Below are positions 22,959-34,260 of a stretch of DNA of 64,000 nucleotides, piece after piece. The translations under genes and the position numbers were made by a program. The notes beneath the pieces are model-generated. The model had not been told where the DNA came from and made no database searches. It saw only the letters and a list, made by a program, of their open reading frames with translations. Positions within the stretch are counted from its first letter, which is position 1. Each line of letters opens with the position of its first letter. This DNA is from Alphaproteobacteria bacterium (GTDB lineage Bacteria > Pseudomonadota > Alphaproteobacteria > Methylaequorales > Methylaequoraceae), in the NCBI GenBank assembly GCA_045563055.1, contig JBJKUR010000008.1, forward strand, positions 131,786 to 195,785. The letters are read 5' to 3'.

Positions 22959-23807
22959 TTATATTATGTCTAATCCAATATCTACAGAATATGTAGAATT
23001 TGTAATTTTACTTGTTGAAATATAATCTACTTCCAGTGCTGAAAACTTATGTATATTATAAAGTGAAATGCCCCCAGTAATTTCAAATTTAATTTTATTA
23101 TTTTTATAGTACATACATTTTTTTATTTGTGAAGGAGACATATTATCAAGTAAAATATATCTTGCGTTCATTTGAATTGCCTGTTTAACCTCACTTGGAC
23201 TTTCACATTCAATTTTAAAATCCTTAATTCTTTTTTTTTTCAAAAGTTCTAAAATATTACTAATACCTCCTAAAATTTTTATATGATTGTCCTTAATTAG
23301 GATGCTATCATATAAACCAAACCTATGATTTTCTGCACCACCAATTTTAGTGGCATATTTTTCTAACTTTCTTAAACCAGTTGTTGTTTTTCTTGTATCT
23401 AACAATTTTGTTTTTTTTGATTTAATTTTCATAACAAATTTATTTGTTATTGTTGATATTGAACATAAATGTTGCAAAAAGTTTAGAATTGTTCGTTCAA
23501 CAGCTAGAATAATTTTTGCATTACCAGATAGAAAAAAAATTTTTGAATTTTTCTTTATCTTATCACCTTCTGAAAAGAAAGATTTGAATATTATTCTTGG
23601 ATACTTTTTTTTTAAAAAATTTTTAATGAATAATGAACCACAAAGAACCAATTCATCACGGTTTGATATGATACATTTTATTTCACAGGATTTTTTTATT
23701 AAAGAAGTTGATGTAACATCGTTGCCAATGATAAATCCATTTAAGTCTTCTTTCAGTTCAGCGTTAAGTTTTTGAAAAGATAACGTTTCTAGTTTTTTGA
23801 TATTCAC
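22959..23807 (-). CDS. nadC: Nicotinate-nucleotide diphosphorylase (carboxylating)
   Basis: ED...DVTS, ERTILN, DTRKT, NHRFGL, IKDNH, LLDNM. Confidence 0.93.
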   Translation of the reverse strand: MNIKKLETLSFQKLNAELKEDLNGFIIGNDVTSTSLIKKSCEIKCIISNRDELVLCGSLFIKNFLKKKYPRIIFKSFFSEGDKIKKNSKIFFLSGNAKIILAVERTILNFLQHLCSISTITNKFVMKIKSKKTKLLDTRKTTTGLRKLEKYATKIGGAENHRFGLYDSILIKDNHIKILGGISNILELLKKKRIKDFKIECESPSEVKQAIQMNARYILLDNMSPSQIKKCMYYKNNKIKFEITGGISLYNIHKFSALEVDYISTSKITNSTYSVDIGLDII

Positions 23808-23815
23808 CTGACAAC

Positions 23816-24760
23816 TTAACTCAACTTAAGCATGGTATTTAATGGTTTTTTTGCTTTTAGTATTAATTGATTACTAATATTAATTTCTGGTGATAGATTT
23901 TGAAGGCAGTCCCTTAGTTTTTCAAGCGTGTTAAGTTCCATGTAAGGGCAATTTGAACATGAACATCCACCATCACTTCCTGGTGCTATTATATATTCTT
24001 TAGAAGGCTCATTCTTTTTCATTTGATGAATAATATGAGGCTCCGTGGCAACAATAAACTTTTTTGAATCGCTTGAGGAAATAAACTTAAGTAGCGCGGA
24101 AGTAGAACCTATAAAGTCGGCATGTATCAGAATATTTTCAGGACATTCTGGGTGGGCTATTACTTTTGAATCAGAATGCCTTACTTTCATTTTTATTATT
24201 TCTCTTTCTGAAAATGTTTCATGGACAATACATGTTCCATTCCAGAGTTTCATATTTCTTCCTGTAATCTTATTTAAGTACGAACCTAAGTGTTTGTCAG
24301 GAGCAAAAATAATCTTTTGATTTTTAGGAATGCTATTTATTATTTTAGCTGCATTTGAGGATGTAACTATTATATCTGACTCAGCTTTGATTTCTGCTGA
24401 ACAGTTTATGTATGATAATACTACATGGTCAGAATAAAGTTTTTTAAACTCTCTAAATTGCTTCACGGGACAAGAGGCCTCTAAGGAACAACCTGCGTTT
24501 AAATCAGGTAAAATTACCTTTTTTGTTGGACTAAGTATCTTGGCAACTTCTGCCATAAATCTGACTCCACAAAATACGATTACATCAGCATCTGTCTTGG
24601 CGGCTTTTTTTGATAGGTCCAATGAATCTCCAATAAAATCCGCTATGTCTTGGATATCTTCATCTTGATAAAAATGAGCTAAAATAATTGCATTATTTTT
24701 TTTTCTCAGAATATCAATCTCTTCTTCAATATTTTTAAATTTTGGATAAAGCGATTTCAT
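23816..24760 (-). CDS. nadA: Quinolinate synthase
   Basis: LAHFYQ, GDSL, FCGVRFMAE, GCSL, YINCS, CIVH, HPEC, C..M. Confidence 0.96.
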   Translation of the reverse strand: MKSLYPKFKNIEEEIDILRKKNNAIILAHFYQDEDIQDIADFIGDSLDLSKKAAKTDADVIVFCGVRFMAEVAKILSPTKKVILPDLNAGCSLEASCPVKQFREFKKLYSDHVVLSYINCSAEIKAESDIIVTSSNAAKIINSIPKNQKIIFAPDKHLGSYLNKITGRNMKLWNGTCIVHETFSEREIIKMKVRHSDSKVIAHPECPENILIHADFIGSTSALLKFISSSDSKKFIVATEPHIIHQMKKNEPSKEYIIAPGSDGGCSCSNCPYMELNTLEKLRDCLQNLSPEINISNQLILKAKKPLNTMLKLS

Positions 24761-24766
24761 AAATTT

Positions 24767-25795
24767 TTATAAGTTATTTAAGTTTTCGTTAATATATTCT
24801 TGTGACCCCATTTCTTTGAGTCTTGATATAGTTCTTTTAAATTCCTCATAATTTGTTCTGCCAGAGTATATTTCATCTAATCCTACATTGGTAGAAATAG
24901 AAAGTATATTTTTATTCTCATATAATACATCTATGAATGAGATGAATCTGGAAATAAGATTTTTTGAACTCTCATCAAATTGCATGATATCTCTTATAAC
25001 AAAAATTTTAATTTTCTTAGCGATTATCATATAGTCTTGAAAGACTAGGTTTTTATTAAAAAAATCAATGAAGTCTAAATCGATCAAATTCCCATATGTG
25101 TTATCTAAAGAAAACTTATTTCCTATCCTTTCAAATTCTAACTTTCTGGGACTAGAATCACATGATAATTTTTTTATAATAATATCTTGTCTAGACTTAT
25201 TTTTTTTTATTAGAAAGAAATCATAGTCTATTTTGTTCGTGATTCTGTAGTCTAATTTTGACTTAATGTTTATTGAATAAAAGAAGTCATTAAATAATTC
25301 TTTAATTCGTGTGCATAACTGTTGATTAGTTGGATCGTCGTAAATCAAACTTAAATGCTTATTTCCACACATGATGACTGGTATTCTAAGTTTGATTAAA
25401 TTTAATAAAAATTTCTCAAATAAAATTAAACTTGTGAGGTTGTCAATGAAAAATTCATCTATAATTATTAATTTCTTTGTTATAAGTTCATAGACTTTTT
25501 CCTGATTTTTTTTACTTTTAGATTGCAATTGAAAAATCAACTCATTGAAATGTAATAGTTCAGAATCAGGGTAAAAAAGTTTAAGTGATTTTAATAGTAT
25601 TGATTTACCGACTCCAACATCTCCTTGAATGTATATTCCAGATTTGGGGTTACTTGATTTTTTAAACAAATTAATTTTAGATCTGTTCTTTAAAAGTTTT
25701 TCAATTTCAAAGATCGCATTAGCTTGACACGGGTTTAGGTTTATATGATGTATACTTTCAAGATGGTGAAAAAGTTTCGAGCTTATTTTTTTCAA
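24767..25795 (-). CDS. zapE: AFG1/ZapE family ATPase (divergent)
   Basis: GIYIQGDVGVGKS Walker A, IIIDEF Walker B, DYR, RFISFIDVLYE, F.RTISRL.EM. Confidence 0.85.
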   Translation of the reverse strand: MKKISSKLFHHLESIHHINLNPCQANAIFEIEKLLKNRSKINLFKKSSNPKSGIYIQGDVGVGKSILLKSLKLFYPDSELLHFNELIFQLQSKSKKNQEKVYELITKKLIIIDEFFIDNLTSLILFEKFLLNLIKLRIPVIMCGNKHLSLIYDDPTNQQLCTRIKELFNDFFYSINIKSKLDYRITNKIDYDFFLIKKNKSRQDIIIKKLSCDSSPRKLEFERIGNKFSLDNTYGNLIDLDFIDFFNKNLVFQDYMIIAKKIKIFVIRDIMQFDESSKNLISRFISFIDVLYENKNILSISTNVGLDEIYSGRTNYEEFKRTISRLKEMGSQEYINENLNNL

Positions 25796-25796
25796 A

Positions 25797-26555
25797 CTAG
25801 GTTGAGACTTGAAGTTTTTTTATTTCAGATATTGCCTTTGCTGGGTTCAGGTTTTTTGGGCAAGTTTTCGTACAATTCATAATTGTATGACATCTATATA
25901 ATTTAAATTTATCTTTAAGTTGTTCTAATCGTTCTTTTTTGTTTTTATCGCGACTGTCTACTATAAAGCGATATGCTTGAAGTAAGATAGCCGGTCCTAG
26001 AAATTTGTCCCCATTCCACCAATAGCTAGGACATGAAGTTGAGCAGCATGCACACAGGACACATTCATAAAGACCGTCAAGTTTCTTTCTATCCTCTGGG
26101 GACTGAAGGTTTTCTTTTTTTGAGTTTGAATTGCTCTTTATCCAAGGTTGTATGGATTCGTACTGTTTATAAAAATCACTCATATCGGGTATCAAATCCT
26201 TGAGAACCCTCATGTGAGGGAGAGGGTAAATATTTATCTCTTTATTTTCAATTGGTTTCAGACAAGCAAGAGTATTTGTACCATTCACATTCATTGAGCA
26301 TGATCCACAGATTCCCTCTCTGCAGGATCTTCTAAATGTAAGTGACGGGTCTACTTGATTTTTTATAAACATTAGTGCATCTAGGACCATTGGACCCAGC
26401 TTAGATTTGTCTACAAAGAATTTATCCAATCTTGGGTTGTCATTCGACTCTCTATTCCATCTGTATATATTGAAGACAACTTTGTTTTTGCCATCTTTGC
26501 CGAAGGTTTGACCTCGCGAGACTTTGGAGTGATTTGGCAGTGTTAAATTAACCAT
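25797..26555 (-). CDS. sdhB: Succinate dehydrogenase iron-sulfur subunit
   Basis: [40 protein letters not shown] used the ATG at 26555 (MVNLTLP) as the start. Confidence 0.98.
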   Translation of the reverse strand: MVNLTLPNHSKVSRGQTFGKDGKNKVVFNIYRWNRESNDNPRLDKFFVDKSKLGPMVLDALMFIKNQVDPSLTFRRSCREGICGSCSMNVNGTNTLACLKPIENKEINIYPLPHMRVLKDLIPDMSDFYKQYESIQPWIKSNSNSKKENLQSPEDRKKLDGLYECVLCACCSTSCPSYWWNGDKFLGPAILLQAYRFIVDSRDKNKKERLEQLKDKFKLYRCHTIMNCTKTCPKNLNPAKAISEIKKLQVST

Positions 26556-26565
26556 GTATTTAAAT

Positions 26566-28347
26566 CTAGTAAACTCTAGCTTTAGGTTCAATAGTTTTTA
26601 TTTCTTTAGAATTAGTTTTAAGATTAACTTGTCTGTATTTTGTGGAAGTTTTTCCATTATTGTCTATCCAAATCATTGAATGTTTAAGCCATTTACTATC
26701 ATTTCTTTTGGTATAGTCAATTCGAGAATGTGCGCCTCTGCTTTCTTTTCTATTTAGAGCACTTTCAATACTTACAATTGATTGAATAAGTAAATTTTTA
26801 AGTTCTAGAGCTTCAATAACCTCGGTATTCCAAACCAAACTTTTATCGTTAATTTTTATGTTTTTAAAATCATCTAAAAGACTTAATAGTTTTTTTTTAC
26901 CCTCAACCATGGTTTTTTCAGATCTATAAACTGGACAAAAATTCTGCATCGTATGTTGCATATCTAACCTAATTTTTGCAACACTCTTTTTACCGTTTGA
27001 ATCACTGACTCTCTTGAACTTTTTAATTAATGTTTCAACAAACTTCATGTCAATCGAGTGATTTTTACTTTTGGGATTTATAATTTTAGAGCATCTTTTG
27101 GCTGCAGATTTTCCGAAAACTACTAAATCGAGTAGGGAATTAGATCCAAGGCGATTAGCACCGTGTACTGATACACATGCTGCTTCGCCAATTGACATTA
27201 ATCCGGGCACTGTTTTGTCTCTACCTTCTGAGTCAAGATTAATAACTTCACCATGAATATTGGTAGGAATTCCTCCCATATTATAGTGAACAGTGGGTTG
27301 AACCGGTATGGGTTTTTTTCTGACGTCAACTCCAGCAAAAATTCTTGCAGATTCTGTAATTCCGGGAAGTTTTTCTTGAAGTGTTTTGGTTTCTAAATGT
27401 TGAAGATTTAGGTGAATATGATCTTTTCTAGGTCCACAACCCCTACCCTCCATTATTTCTGTGGTCATTGATCTTGAAACAACATCTCTACTTGCTAGGT
27501 CCTTAGCATTTGGAGCATACCTCTCCATAAACCTTTCACCTTCAGAATTTGTAAGGTATCCACCTTCTCCTCTTGCACCTTCAGTTATAAGAACTCCAAC
27601 TCCGTAAATTCCTGTAGGGTGAAACTGCGTAAACTCCATATCCTGAAGGGGAAAACCAGCTCTAAGCACCATACCTCCACCGTCTCCAGTACAAGTATGT
27701 GCAGAAGTACATGAAAAATACGCTCGTCCGTACCCACCTGTTGCAAGAATAACCATTTTAGAGGAAAATACATAAAACTTACCATCATGTAGATTGAAAG
27801 TTAAAACCCCACAACATTCATTTTTCTTGTTCATAATTAAATCAATGGCAAAATACTCAATGAAGAATTCAGCATTATTTGACAAAGATTGTTGATATAG
27901 TGTATGAAGCATAGCATGTCCAGTTCTGTCTGCTGCAGCGCATGTTCTCTGAGCAATGCCTTCACCAAAATGGGTGGTCATGCCTCCAAAAGGTCTTTGA
28001 TAAATTTTACCTTTTTCAGTTCTAGAAAAAGGAACTCCGAAATGCTCTAATTCAATAACAGCATCTGGTGCTTCCTTGCACATGAACGCGATTGCATCTT
28101 GATCTCCGAGCCAATCAGACCCTTTGACAGTATCGTACATATGCCATTTCCAGTCATCCTCTCCCATATTGCCCAGAGCAGCACTTATCCCACCTTGTGC
28201 TGCAACTGTGTGACTTCTGGTAGGAAAAACTTTTGAGATGCACGCAGTTTTTAAACCAGATGAAGCGTTTCCCATGACAGCCCGAAGACCTGAACCTCCT
28301 GCACCAACGACCACAACGTCATAATTTAAAATTTCTATTTCACTCAT
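26566..28347 (-). CDS. sdhA: Succinate dehydrogenase flavoprotein subunit
   Basis: [39 protein letters not shown]. Confidence 0.98.
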   Translation of the reverse strand: MSEIEILNYDVVVVGAGGSGLRAVMGNASSGLKTACISKVFPTRSHTVAAQGGISAALGNMGEDDWKWHMYDTVKGSDWLGDQDAIAFMCKEAPDAVIELEHFGVPFSRTEKGKIYQRPFGGMTTHFGEGIAQRTCAAADRTGHAMLHTLYQQSLSNNAEFFIEYFAIDLIMNKKNECCGVLTFNLHDGKFYVFSSKMVILATGGYGRAYFSCTSAHTCTGDGGGMVLRAGFPLQDMEFTQFHPTGIYGVGVLITEGARGEGGYLTNSEGERFMERYAPNAKDLASRDVVSRSMTTEIMEGRGCGPRKDHIHLNLQHLETKTLQEKLPGITESARIFAGVDVRKKPIPVQPTVHYNMGGIPTNIHGEVINLDSEGRDKTVPGLMSIGEAACVSVHGANRLGSNSLLDLVVFGKSAAKRCSKIINPKSKNHSIDMKFVETLIKKFKRVSDSNGKKSVAKIRLDMQHTMQNFCPVYRSEKTMVEGKKKLLSLLDDFKNIKINDKSLVWNTEVIEALELKNLLIQSIVSIESALNRKESRGAHSRIDYTKRNDSKWLKHSMIWIDNNGKTSTKYRQVNLKTNSKEIKTIEPKARVY

Positions 28348-28679
28348 TAAATAACTAACTTGGTTAAACTAAATATTGTTATAAATAAAAGAACTGCAAA
28401 GAAAAAGTTTTTAATTAATAATATTTTTCTTTTAATTATTTCATTATGAAAATAGTCGTCAATTATAGAGCTTAAACCAATGTTGGAGTGAAAGAAAATA
28501 GAAATAAATAGAATTAAAACAATAAAAGAGTTGAAATAGTTATTCAGCCATGAATGAATCACGTTAAAATCATTATATTCAAGGTTATTTAAAGAATAGA
28601 CAATGAAAATAAAAGTAGCTAAAAAGGTGATTGCTAAAACCTTTTGTAAAAGCCATTTTGAAGTATAATCTAATTTCAT
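28347..28679 (-). CDS. sdhD: Succinate dehydrogenase membrane anchor
   Basis: W..Q, three hydrophobic helices, H...G...IIDDY. Confidence 0.88.
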   Translation of the reverse strand: MKLDYTSKWLLQKVLAITFLATFIFIVYSLNNLEYNDFNVIHSWLNNYFNSFIVLILFISIFFHSNIGLSSIIDDYFHNEIIKRKILLIKNFFFAVLLFITIFSLTKLVI

Positions 28680-29062
28680 GAGAATAAGCCTAAGATTAGT
28701 GCAACATATATACTTGAAATTAGAGATAAAATTATGATGATATATCCAAATATTGATGCGGACCTATTTTCTAGAAACAAACCAAAATCCCAAAGTATAT
28801 GTCTAAAACCATTAAGAAGATGATAAGTGAAACCTAGAATTGTGAGGAAAAAAACTATCTTAAAAGGCAAGGTTTTTAAAATAGATAAATAAATTGAGTA
28901 ATACTTCTCACCAGAAGATATGCTTAATAAACCTATAACAAATACAACAAGAGAAAAATTAAGTGCAAATCCTGTGATTCTGTGAGTAATTGAAAGTATT
29001 GAGGTGATCTGTGGTTTGTAGATCTGTAAATGAGGTGAAAGTGGTAATTCTTTTTTTTTCAT
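28676..29062 (-). CDS. sdhC: Succinate dehydrogenase cytochrome b556 subunit
   Basis: PLSPHLQIYKPQITS.LSI.HRITG, H..NG.RH..WD. Confidence 0.96.
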   Translation of the reverse strand: MKKKELPLSPHLQIYKPQITSILSITHRITGFALNFSLVVFVIGLLSISSGEKYYSIYLSILKTLPFKIVFFLTILGFTYHLLNGFRHILWDFGLFLENRSASIFGYIIIILSLISSIYVALILGLFS

Positions 29063-29063
29063 C

Positions 29064-30101
29064 TTATAAAGAAGGTATCAGAACTGAATATACTAAGTCT
29101 AAAACAATATTTTTAGAGAGATCGTTTTTTTCTGGGAAGGTCATGTCGGAGTTATTTTTTGAAGCAATTGTCCTAATCATCATAGATCCAATATCCTCGT
29201 CAATCTTTTCTTTATCTAATATCTTTGACCATGCATAAATTGTATCGCCAGCAAATGACGGTGCTGAATGTTTTCCAGAGTGAATCGCAGCAAGTTTAAA
29301 TGTATTGGCAAGTCCATTACAACTTATTGCCCTTGCAAGAGAAATTATATAACCACCATAAATAATTCTTTTCCCAAATCTCCCATCTTTTTCAATATGT
29401 TGATTAAAGTGTACCCTGGCGTTATTTTGATACAGCCGCGTCGTCATCTGATGTTCAGCCTCCTCAATAGTTTGTCCATCAAGGTGATGTATTTCTTCAT
29501 TTAATTGATAATCATCAAAGAAATAAGGGCTACCAGAAACTGCTGAATCCCATTTTTTTAGTTTTAAACTTGATGGAATTGAAAAGTCAGAAGTAGAGAC
29601 TTTTACTGGAAGTTTTGGAACAATATCCTCATATGAATTAACTATGCCCTCTTTTCTTTTACGCATCATTAACCACCTGTAGTAACTAAGAATGATTTCA
29701 CCATTTTGATTTTTACCAATTGATTTAACATACACGGTCCCAGTCTTACCATTGGAATTTTGTTTAAGCCCAATAATCTTTGAACTTGCTGTAACTGTGT
29801 CACCAACAAAAGCGGGATTATGAAATATCACTCCAGCATATCCTAAATTAGCCACCGCATTTAAAGAGAGGTCGGGTACTGTTCTTCCAAAAACAAGATG
29901 AAATAACAAAACGTCATCAATTGGTGTTGATTTAAAACCTAATTTTTTAGAAAATTCTATTGAGTAATTTAAAGAAAATCTACTTCCAGTGCTTGCTAAA
30001 TAACACGATACGTCACCATCAGTAATAGTTCGAGGAACGCTATGATTTATCTCCTCATTAAGTTTGTAATCTTCGAAATACCTGCTTTTGAAATTTTTCA
30101 T
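29064..30101 (-). CDS. mch: Mesaconyl-CoA (2-methylfumaryl-CoA) hydratase, double MaoC/hotdog fold
   Basis: YFEDY...H.VPRT, FHLVFGRTVPDLSLNAVANLGYA, GLKQNSNG..G.V.V, YQNNARVHF, R.IYGG..ISLARA. These match Mch of the ethylmalonyl-CoA pathway as I recall it; position upstream of sdhC. Confidence 0.85.
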   Translation of the reverse strand: MKNFKSRYFEDYKLNEEINHSVPRTITDGDVSCYLASTGSRFSLNYSIEFSKKLGFKSTPIDDVLLFHLVFGRTVPDLSLNAVANLGYAGVIFHNPAFVGDTVTASSKIIGLKQNSNGKTGTVYVKSIGKNQNGEIILSYYRWLMMRKRKEGIVNSYEDIVPKLPVKVSTSDFSIPSSLKLKKWDSAVSGSPYFFDDYQLNEEIHHLDGQTIEEAEHQMTTRLYQNNARVHFNQHIEKDGRFGKRIIYGGYIISLARAISCNGLANTFKLAAIHSGKHSAPSFAGDTIYAWSKILDKEKIDEDIGSMMIRTIASKNNSDMTFPEKNDLSKNIVLDLVYSVLIPSL

Positions 30102-31111
30102 TTGTTTTCTTTCTTCAAGAATAACTCAGCTATCTGGACTGTATTTAAGGCCGCACCTTTTCTAAGATTATCAGAAACAACCCATAGACCTAATGATTTT
30201 TTGTTTACTCCATGACGCATTCTGCTGATAAAGACTTCATCTTCACCAGCCGACTCATCTGGTGTCACGTATCCGCCATCAATTGGTTCGTCTACTAAAG
30301 AAAGCCCTGGAAAATTATTTATTCTAGATATAAGTTTTTTTAAATCAATTGTTTTGTCTGTTTCAATATAAACAGATTCACCATGCCCAACAAAAACAGG
30401 AACTCTAACACATGTAGCAAATATTTCAATTTTAGAGCCCAATATTTTTTGAGTCTCTTTAATCATTTTTAATTCTTCTTTTGTATTTCCATCTGTCATA
30501 AATTCATCAATGTGAGGAATCAAATTAAATGCAATTTTTTTGGTAAACTTTTTTTCTTCCAATGGCTTGTTTTTATACACATCAAGTGTTTGATGAAACA
30601 ATTCATCCATTGCTGCCTTTCCAGCACCAGAAGTTGACTGATAAGTTGAAACCACAATTTTTTTTATTTTAAATAAATCGTGTATAGGCTTTAAAGCCAT
30701 TACCATTTGAATCGTCGAACAGTTGGGATTTGCAATTATATTTTTTTTAAGCTTTGCTAATTCTTCAGGATTTACCTCGGGAATAATAAGAGGTATGTCT
30801 TTTTTCATTCTAAAATGAGATGTATTGTCTATTACAACTGCACCATTTTTTACAGCTTTTGGTACAAATTTTTCTGAAATTTTCGATCCAGGAGAAGAAA
30901 GTACTAAATCAATTCCATCAAATTTAAATTTATCTAGAGCTTCAACGATTATTTCCTTGTCGTTTCCATATGTAATCTTAGTCCCTTCAGATTTTGATGA
31001 AGCAACAGCGTGAATTTTTTCTGCAGGAAAGTCTCTCGAATCTAAAATATTTAGAATTTCTCTACCGACATTACCTGTTGCACCAACAACTGCTATTTTC
31101 AGCTTCTTCAT
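30098..31111 (-). CDS. asd: Aspartate-semialdehyde dehydrogenase
   Basis: VGATGNVG, NPNCSTIQ, TYQS.SGAG, CVRVPV..GH, DNLRKGAALN. Confidence 0.97.
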   Translation of the reverse strand: MKKLKIAVVGATGNVGREILNILDSRDFPAEKIHAVASSKSEGTKITYGNDKEIIVEALDKFKFDGIDLVLSSPGSKISEKFVPKAVKNGAVVIDNTSHFRMKKDIPLIIPEVNPEELAKLKKNIIANPNCSTIQMVMALKPIHDLFKIKKIVVSTYQSTSGAGKAAMDELFHQTLDVYKNKPLEEKKFTKKIAFNLIPHIDEFMTDGNTKEELKMIKETQKILGSKIEIFATCVRVPVFVGHGESVYIETDKTIDLKKLISRINNFPGLSLVDEPIDGGYVTPDESAGEDEVFISRMRHGVNKKSLGLWVVSDNLRKGAALNTVQIAELFLKKENK

Positions 31112-32205
31112 TAGTTAAGCTCCTCCATAACTTTATATCCCATTTCACTCGTAGAAACTTTTTTGTCACCATTTTTAAAAATATCTTGAGTTCTGTAACC
31201 TTTATTTAAAACTGATTTTACAGCATTATTAATTAGTTTATAAATTTTTTCATCATTAAAAGAATATTTAAACATCATTCCGACACTTAAAATCATTGCC
31301 AGGGGATTTGCAATACCCTTGCCAGCAATATCTGGTGCAGAACCATGAACAGGTTCATACATTGCTTTTTTCCCCCCAGATGAAGAGAATCCGACAGAAG
31401 CCGATGGCAACATTCCAAGAGACCCTGTAAGCATTGATGCACAATCAGAAAGTATATCACCAAACATATTTGTGGTTACAACAACGTCGAATTGTTTGGG
31501 ATCTCTTACCAATTGCATAGCAGCGTTATCTACATACATGTGAGACAGCTCAACATCTGGATATTTTTTAGATGTTTCAATAAAAGTATTTCTCCATAAC
31601 TCTGTTGATTCTAAAACATTTGCCTTGTCAACAGAGCAGAGTTTTCTTTTACGCGACTTAGCAGTCTCAAATGCAACTACAGCAATTCTCTTTATCTCAT
31701 CCGTTGAATAAACGAGTGTATTGAATCCTTTATAATTTCCATCTGATAATTTTTTAATTCCTCTGGGTTCTCCAAAATAAATTCCGCCAGTAAGCTCCCG
31801 AATAATTAGTATATCTAAACCTTTAATTATTTCTTGTTTTAAGCTTGAGGAATTTATAAGTGAATCAAAGACGATAGCAGGACGAAAGTTTGCAAATAAA
31901 TCAAGTTCTTTGCGAATTTTTAAAAGTCCTCTTTCTGGCCTGATTTCAAAATCTAGTTTTTCCCATTTTGGACCTCCAACGGAGCCAAGAATGATAGCAT
32001 CCGATTCCTTTATTCTCTCTAATGTTTCATCTGTAAGTGGAGATCCAAATTTATCGATAGAAACTCCACCAATTAAATCTTCTTTAATGTCTAATTTGTA
32101 GTCAGTATATCTGGAAATCCATTGTAAAATTTTGATAGCTTCAAGTGAAATTTCTTGACCAATTCCATCACCAGGTAATAAAGAGATTTGAAATTTTTTA
32201 TCCAT
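31111..32205 (-). CDS. leuB: 3-isopropylmalate dehydrogenase
   Basis: [42 protein letters not shown]. Confidence 0.97.
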   Translation of the reverse strand: MDKKFQISLLPGDGIGQEISLEAIKILQWISRYTDYKLDIKEDLIGGVSIDKFGSPLTDETLERIKESDAIILGSVGGPKWEKLDFEIRPERGLLKIRKELDLFANFRPAIVFDSLINSSSLKQEIIKGLDILIIRELTGGIYFGEPRGIKKLSDGNYKGFNTLVYSTDEIKRIAVVAFETAKSRKRKLCSVDKANVLESTELWRNTFIETSKKYPDVELSHMYVDNAAMQLVRDPKQFDVVVTTNMFGDILSDCASMLTGSLGMLPSASVGFSSSGGKKAMYEPVHGSAPDIAGKGIANPLAMILSVGMMFKYSFNDEKIYKLINNAVKSVLNKGYRTQDIFKNGDKKVSTSEMGYKVMEELN

Positions 32206-32221
32206 TATTTAATAAATTTAA

Positions 32222-32827
32222 TCACAGGTTTAACCAAGATTTGCTTGATAAGATGTTTGCCTCATACTCATCTATTTTCTTAACTTTTTCAAGAGTGAGA
32301 GCTATGTCATCTAGCCCATCTAAAAGACATTTCTTTCTAAATGGATCAACTTCAAATTTAACAACCTTATTTTTTTCACTCCAAACGAGTTGTTTTTGTA
32401 AATCAATATTAATTTTCCTCTGGTTTTCGGCCTCTTTCTGAAAATATAATGTTTCATCTTGATTCAGAATGATTGGTAAAATTCCATTTTTAAAGCAATT
32501 ATTATAAAAAATATCAGCGAAACTTGGAGCAATTATAGATTTAAAACCAAAATCTAACAATGACCATGGTGCATGTTCTCTGCTGCTTCCACAACCAAAA
32601 TTTTCTCCAGTTACTAAAATTTGAGCGTTTTTGTAATATTCCCAGTTTAACACAAAATCGTTCTTTATGTTACCATTTAAGTCATATCTTAGTTCGTGAA
32701 ATAAATTCTTACCTAATCCAGATCTTTTAATTGTTTTTAAAAATTGCTTTGGAATTATCATATCGGTATCCACATTGATCATTGGTAATGGTGCTGCTAT
32801 GCCAGTAATTTTTACAAACTTCTTCAT
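32222..32827 (-). CDS. leuD: 3-isopropylmalate dehydratase small subunit
   Basis: NVDTDMIIPKQFL, NFGCGSSREHAPW, GLDDI.LT. Confidence 0.98.
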   Translation of the reverse strand: MKKFVKITGIAAPLPMINVDTDMIIPKQFLKTIKRSGLGKNLFHELRYDLNGNIKNDFVLNWEYYKNAQILVTGENFGCGSSREHAPWSLLDFGFKSIIAPSFADIFYNNCFKNGILPIILNQDETLYFQKEAENQRKINIDLQKQLVWSEKNKVVKFEVDPFRKKCLLDGLDDIALTLEKVKKIDEYEANILSSKSWLNL

Positions 32828-32828
32828 T

Positions 32829-34223
32829 TCAAATATCTTCGACTAGACTTAATTTTCCTTTAACGGCTGTAGCTGCTGCCACAGCCGGACTTACTAAATG
32901 AGTTCTACCTTCTCTACCTTGTCGACCTTCAAAGTTTCTATTAGATGTTGATGCGCATCTCTCTCTGGGTTTAAGCTGATCTGGATTCATTGCCAAGCAC
33001 ATGGAACAACCAGGTTCTCTCCAGTCAAAACCTGCTTCAATTAAGATTTTATCCAAACCCTCTTTTTCTGCTTGTTCCTTTACTAACCCTGAGCCGGGAA
33101 CAATCATTGAGTTTACCTTTATTTTTTTTCCCTCTACAACTTTGGCTACTTCTCTTAGATCCTCTATTCTTCCATTTGTACATGACCCAATAAAAACTCT
33201 ATCAATTTTAATATCTTTGATTTTTTGGTTTGGTCTTAGTCCCATATACTCTAGTGATCTCTGAATTGCTTTTCTCTTAATTATATTACTTTCTTTTTGT
33301 GGATCAGGAATTTGACCATCAATTGGAGCTACGTCTTCTGGACTAGTGCCCCAAGTTACAAGCGGTCTTATAGACGTCGCTTTGATGTGAACTTCTTTGT
33401 CATATTTTGCACCTTTATCTGAGGGTATGGTTCTCCAGTAACTTAATGCCTTAGACCAATTTTCTCCTTTAGGTGAATACGGTCTGCCTTTGATGTAATC
33501 GAAAGTTTTATGGTCTGGTGCTATTAAACCCGCCCTGGCCCCTCCTTCTATACTCATGTTACAGATAGTCATTCTTCCTTCCATGGATAAATTTGTAATA
33601 GCTTCGCCTGAATATTCAATAACATATCCAGTACCTCCCGCAGTTCCAATCTCTCCAATAATTTTTAAGATTATATCTTTAGATGTTACACTAGGACTTA
33701 CTGTCCCAGTCACATTAATTCGCATATTTTTTGCTGACTTTTGGATAAGTGTCTGAGTAGCCAAAACATGTTCGACTTCACTTGTTCCAATACCAAAGGC
33801 TAATGCTCCAAAGGCGCCATGTGTTGCGGTGTGACTATCTCCACAAACAATTGTCATTCCAGGTTGAGTAATTCCTTGTTCTGGTCCAACTATATGAACG
33901 ATACCTTGTCTTTTGTCTAATAAAGGAAAGAAGTTAACATCAAATTCTTTACAATTTTTTTCGAGCGTCTCAACTTGTATTCTACTTTCCAAATTCTCAA
34001 TACCATTAGATCTATCACTTGTTGGCACATTATGATCTGCAACGGCAAATGTTTTTTTTGGATTTCTCACTTGTCTTTTGGCGTTTCTCAGCCCCTCAAA
34101 AGCCTGAGGACTTGTAACCTCATGTACTAAGTGTCTGTCTATATATATAAGACAGGTGCCGTCATCCTGTTTTTCAACTAAGTGGCTATTCCAAATTTTA
34201 TCAAATAAAGTTTCAGGTTTCAT
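32829..34223 (-). CDS. leuC: 3-isopropylmalate dehydratase large subunit
   Basis: [37 protein letters not shown]. Confidence 0.98.
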   Translation of the reverse strand: MKPETLFDKIWNSHLVEKQDDGTCLIYIDRHLVHEVTSPQAFEGLRNAKRQVRNPKKTFAVADHNVPTSDRSNGIENLESRIQVETLEKNCKEFDVNFFPLLDKRQGIVHIVGPEQGITQPGMTIVCGDSHTATHGAFGALAFGIGTSEVEHVLATQTLIQKSAKNMRINVTGTVSPSVTSKDIILKIIGEIGTAGGTGYVIEYSGEAITNLSMEGRMTICNMSIEGGARAGLIAPDHKTFDYIKGRPYSPKGENWSKALSYWRTIPSDKGAKYDKEVHIKATSIRPLVTWGTSPEDVAPIDGQIPDPQKESNIIKRKAIQRSLEYMGLRPNQKIKDIKIDRVFIGSCTNGRIEDLREVAKVVEGKKIKVNSMIVPGSGLVKEQAEKEGLDKILIEAGFDWREPGCSMCLAMNPDQLKPRERCASTSNRNFEGRQGREGRTHLVSPAVAAATAVKGKLSLVEDI

Positions 34224-34260
34224 ACAATAGATATATAACCTAATAAGGCTCTTAAAAGAA

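Noticed and set aside
24767-25795. Divergent P-loop ATPase as a new NTPase system
   Set aside because: It retains the ZapE/AFG1 signature motifs and the usual position between sdhB and mdh.
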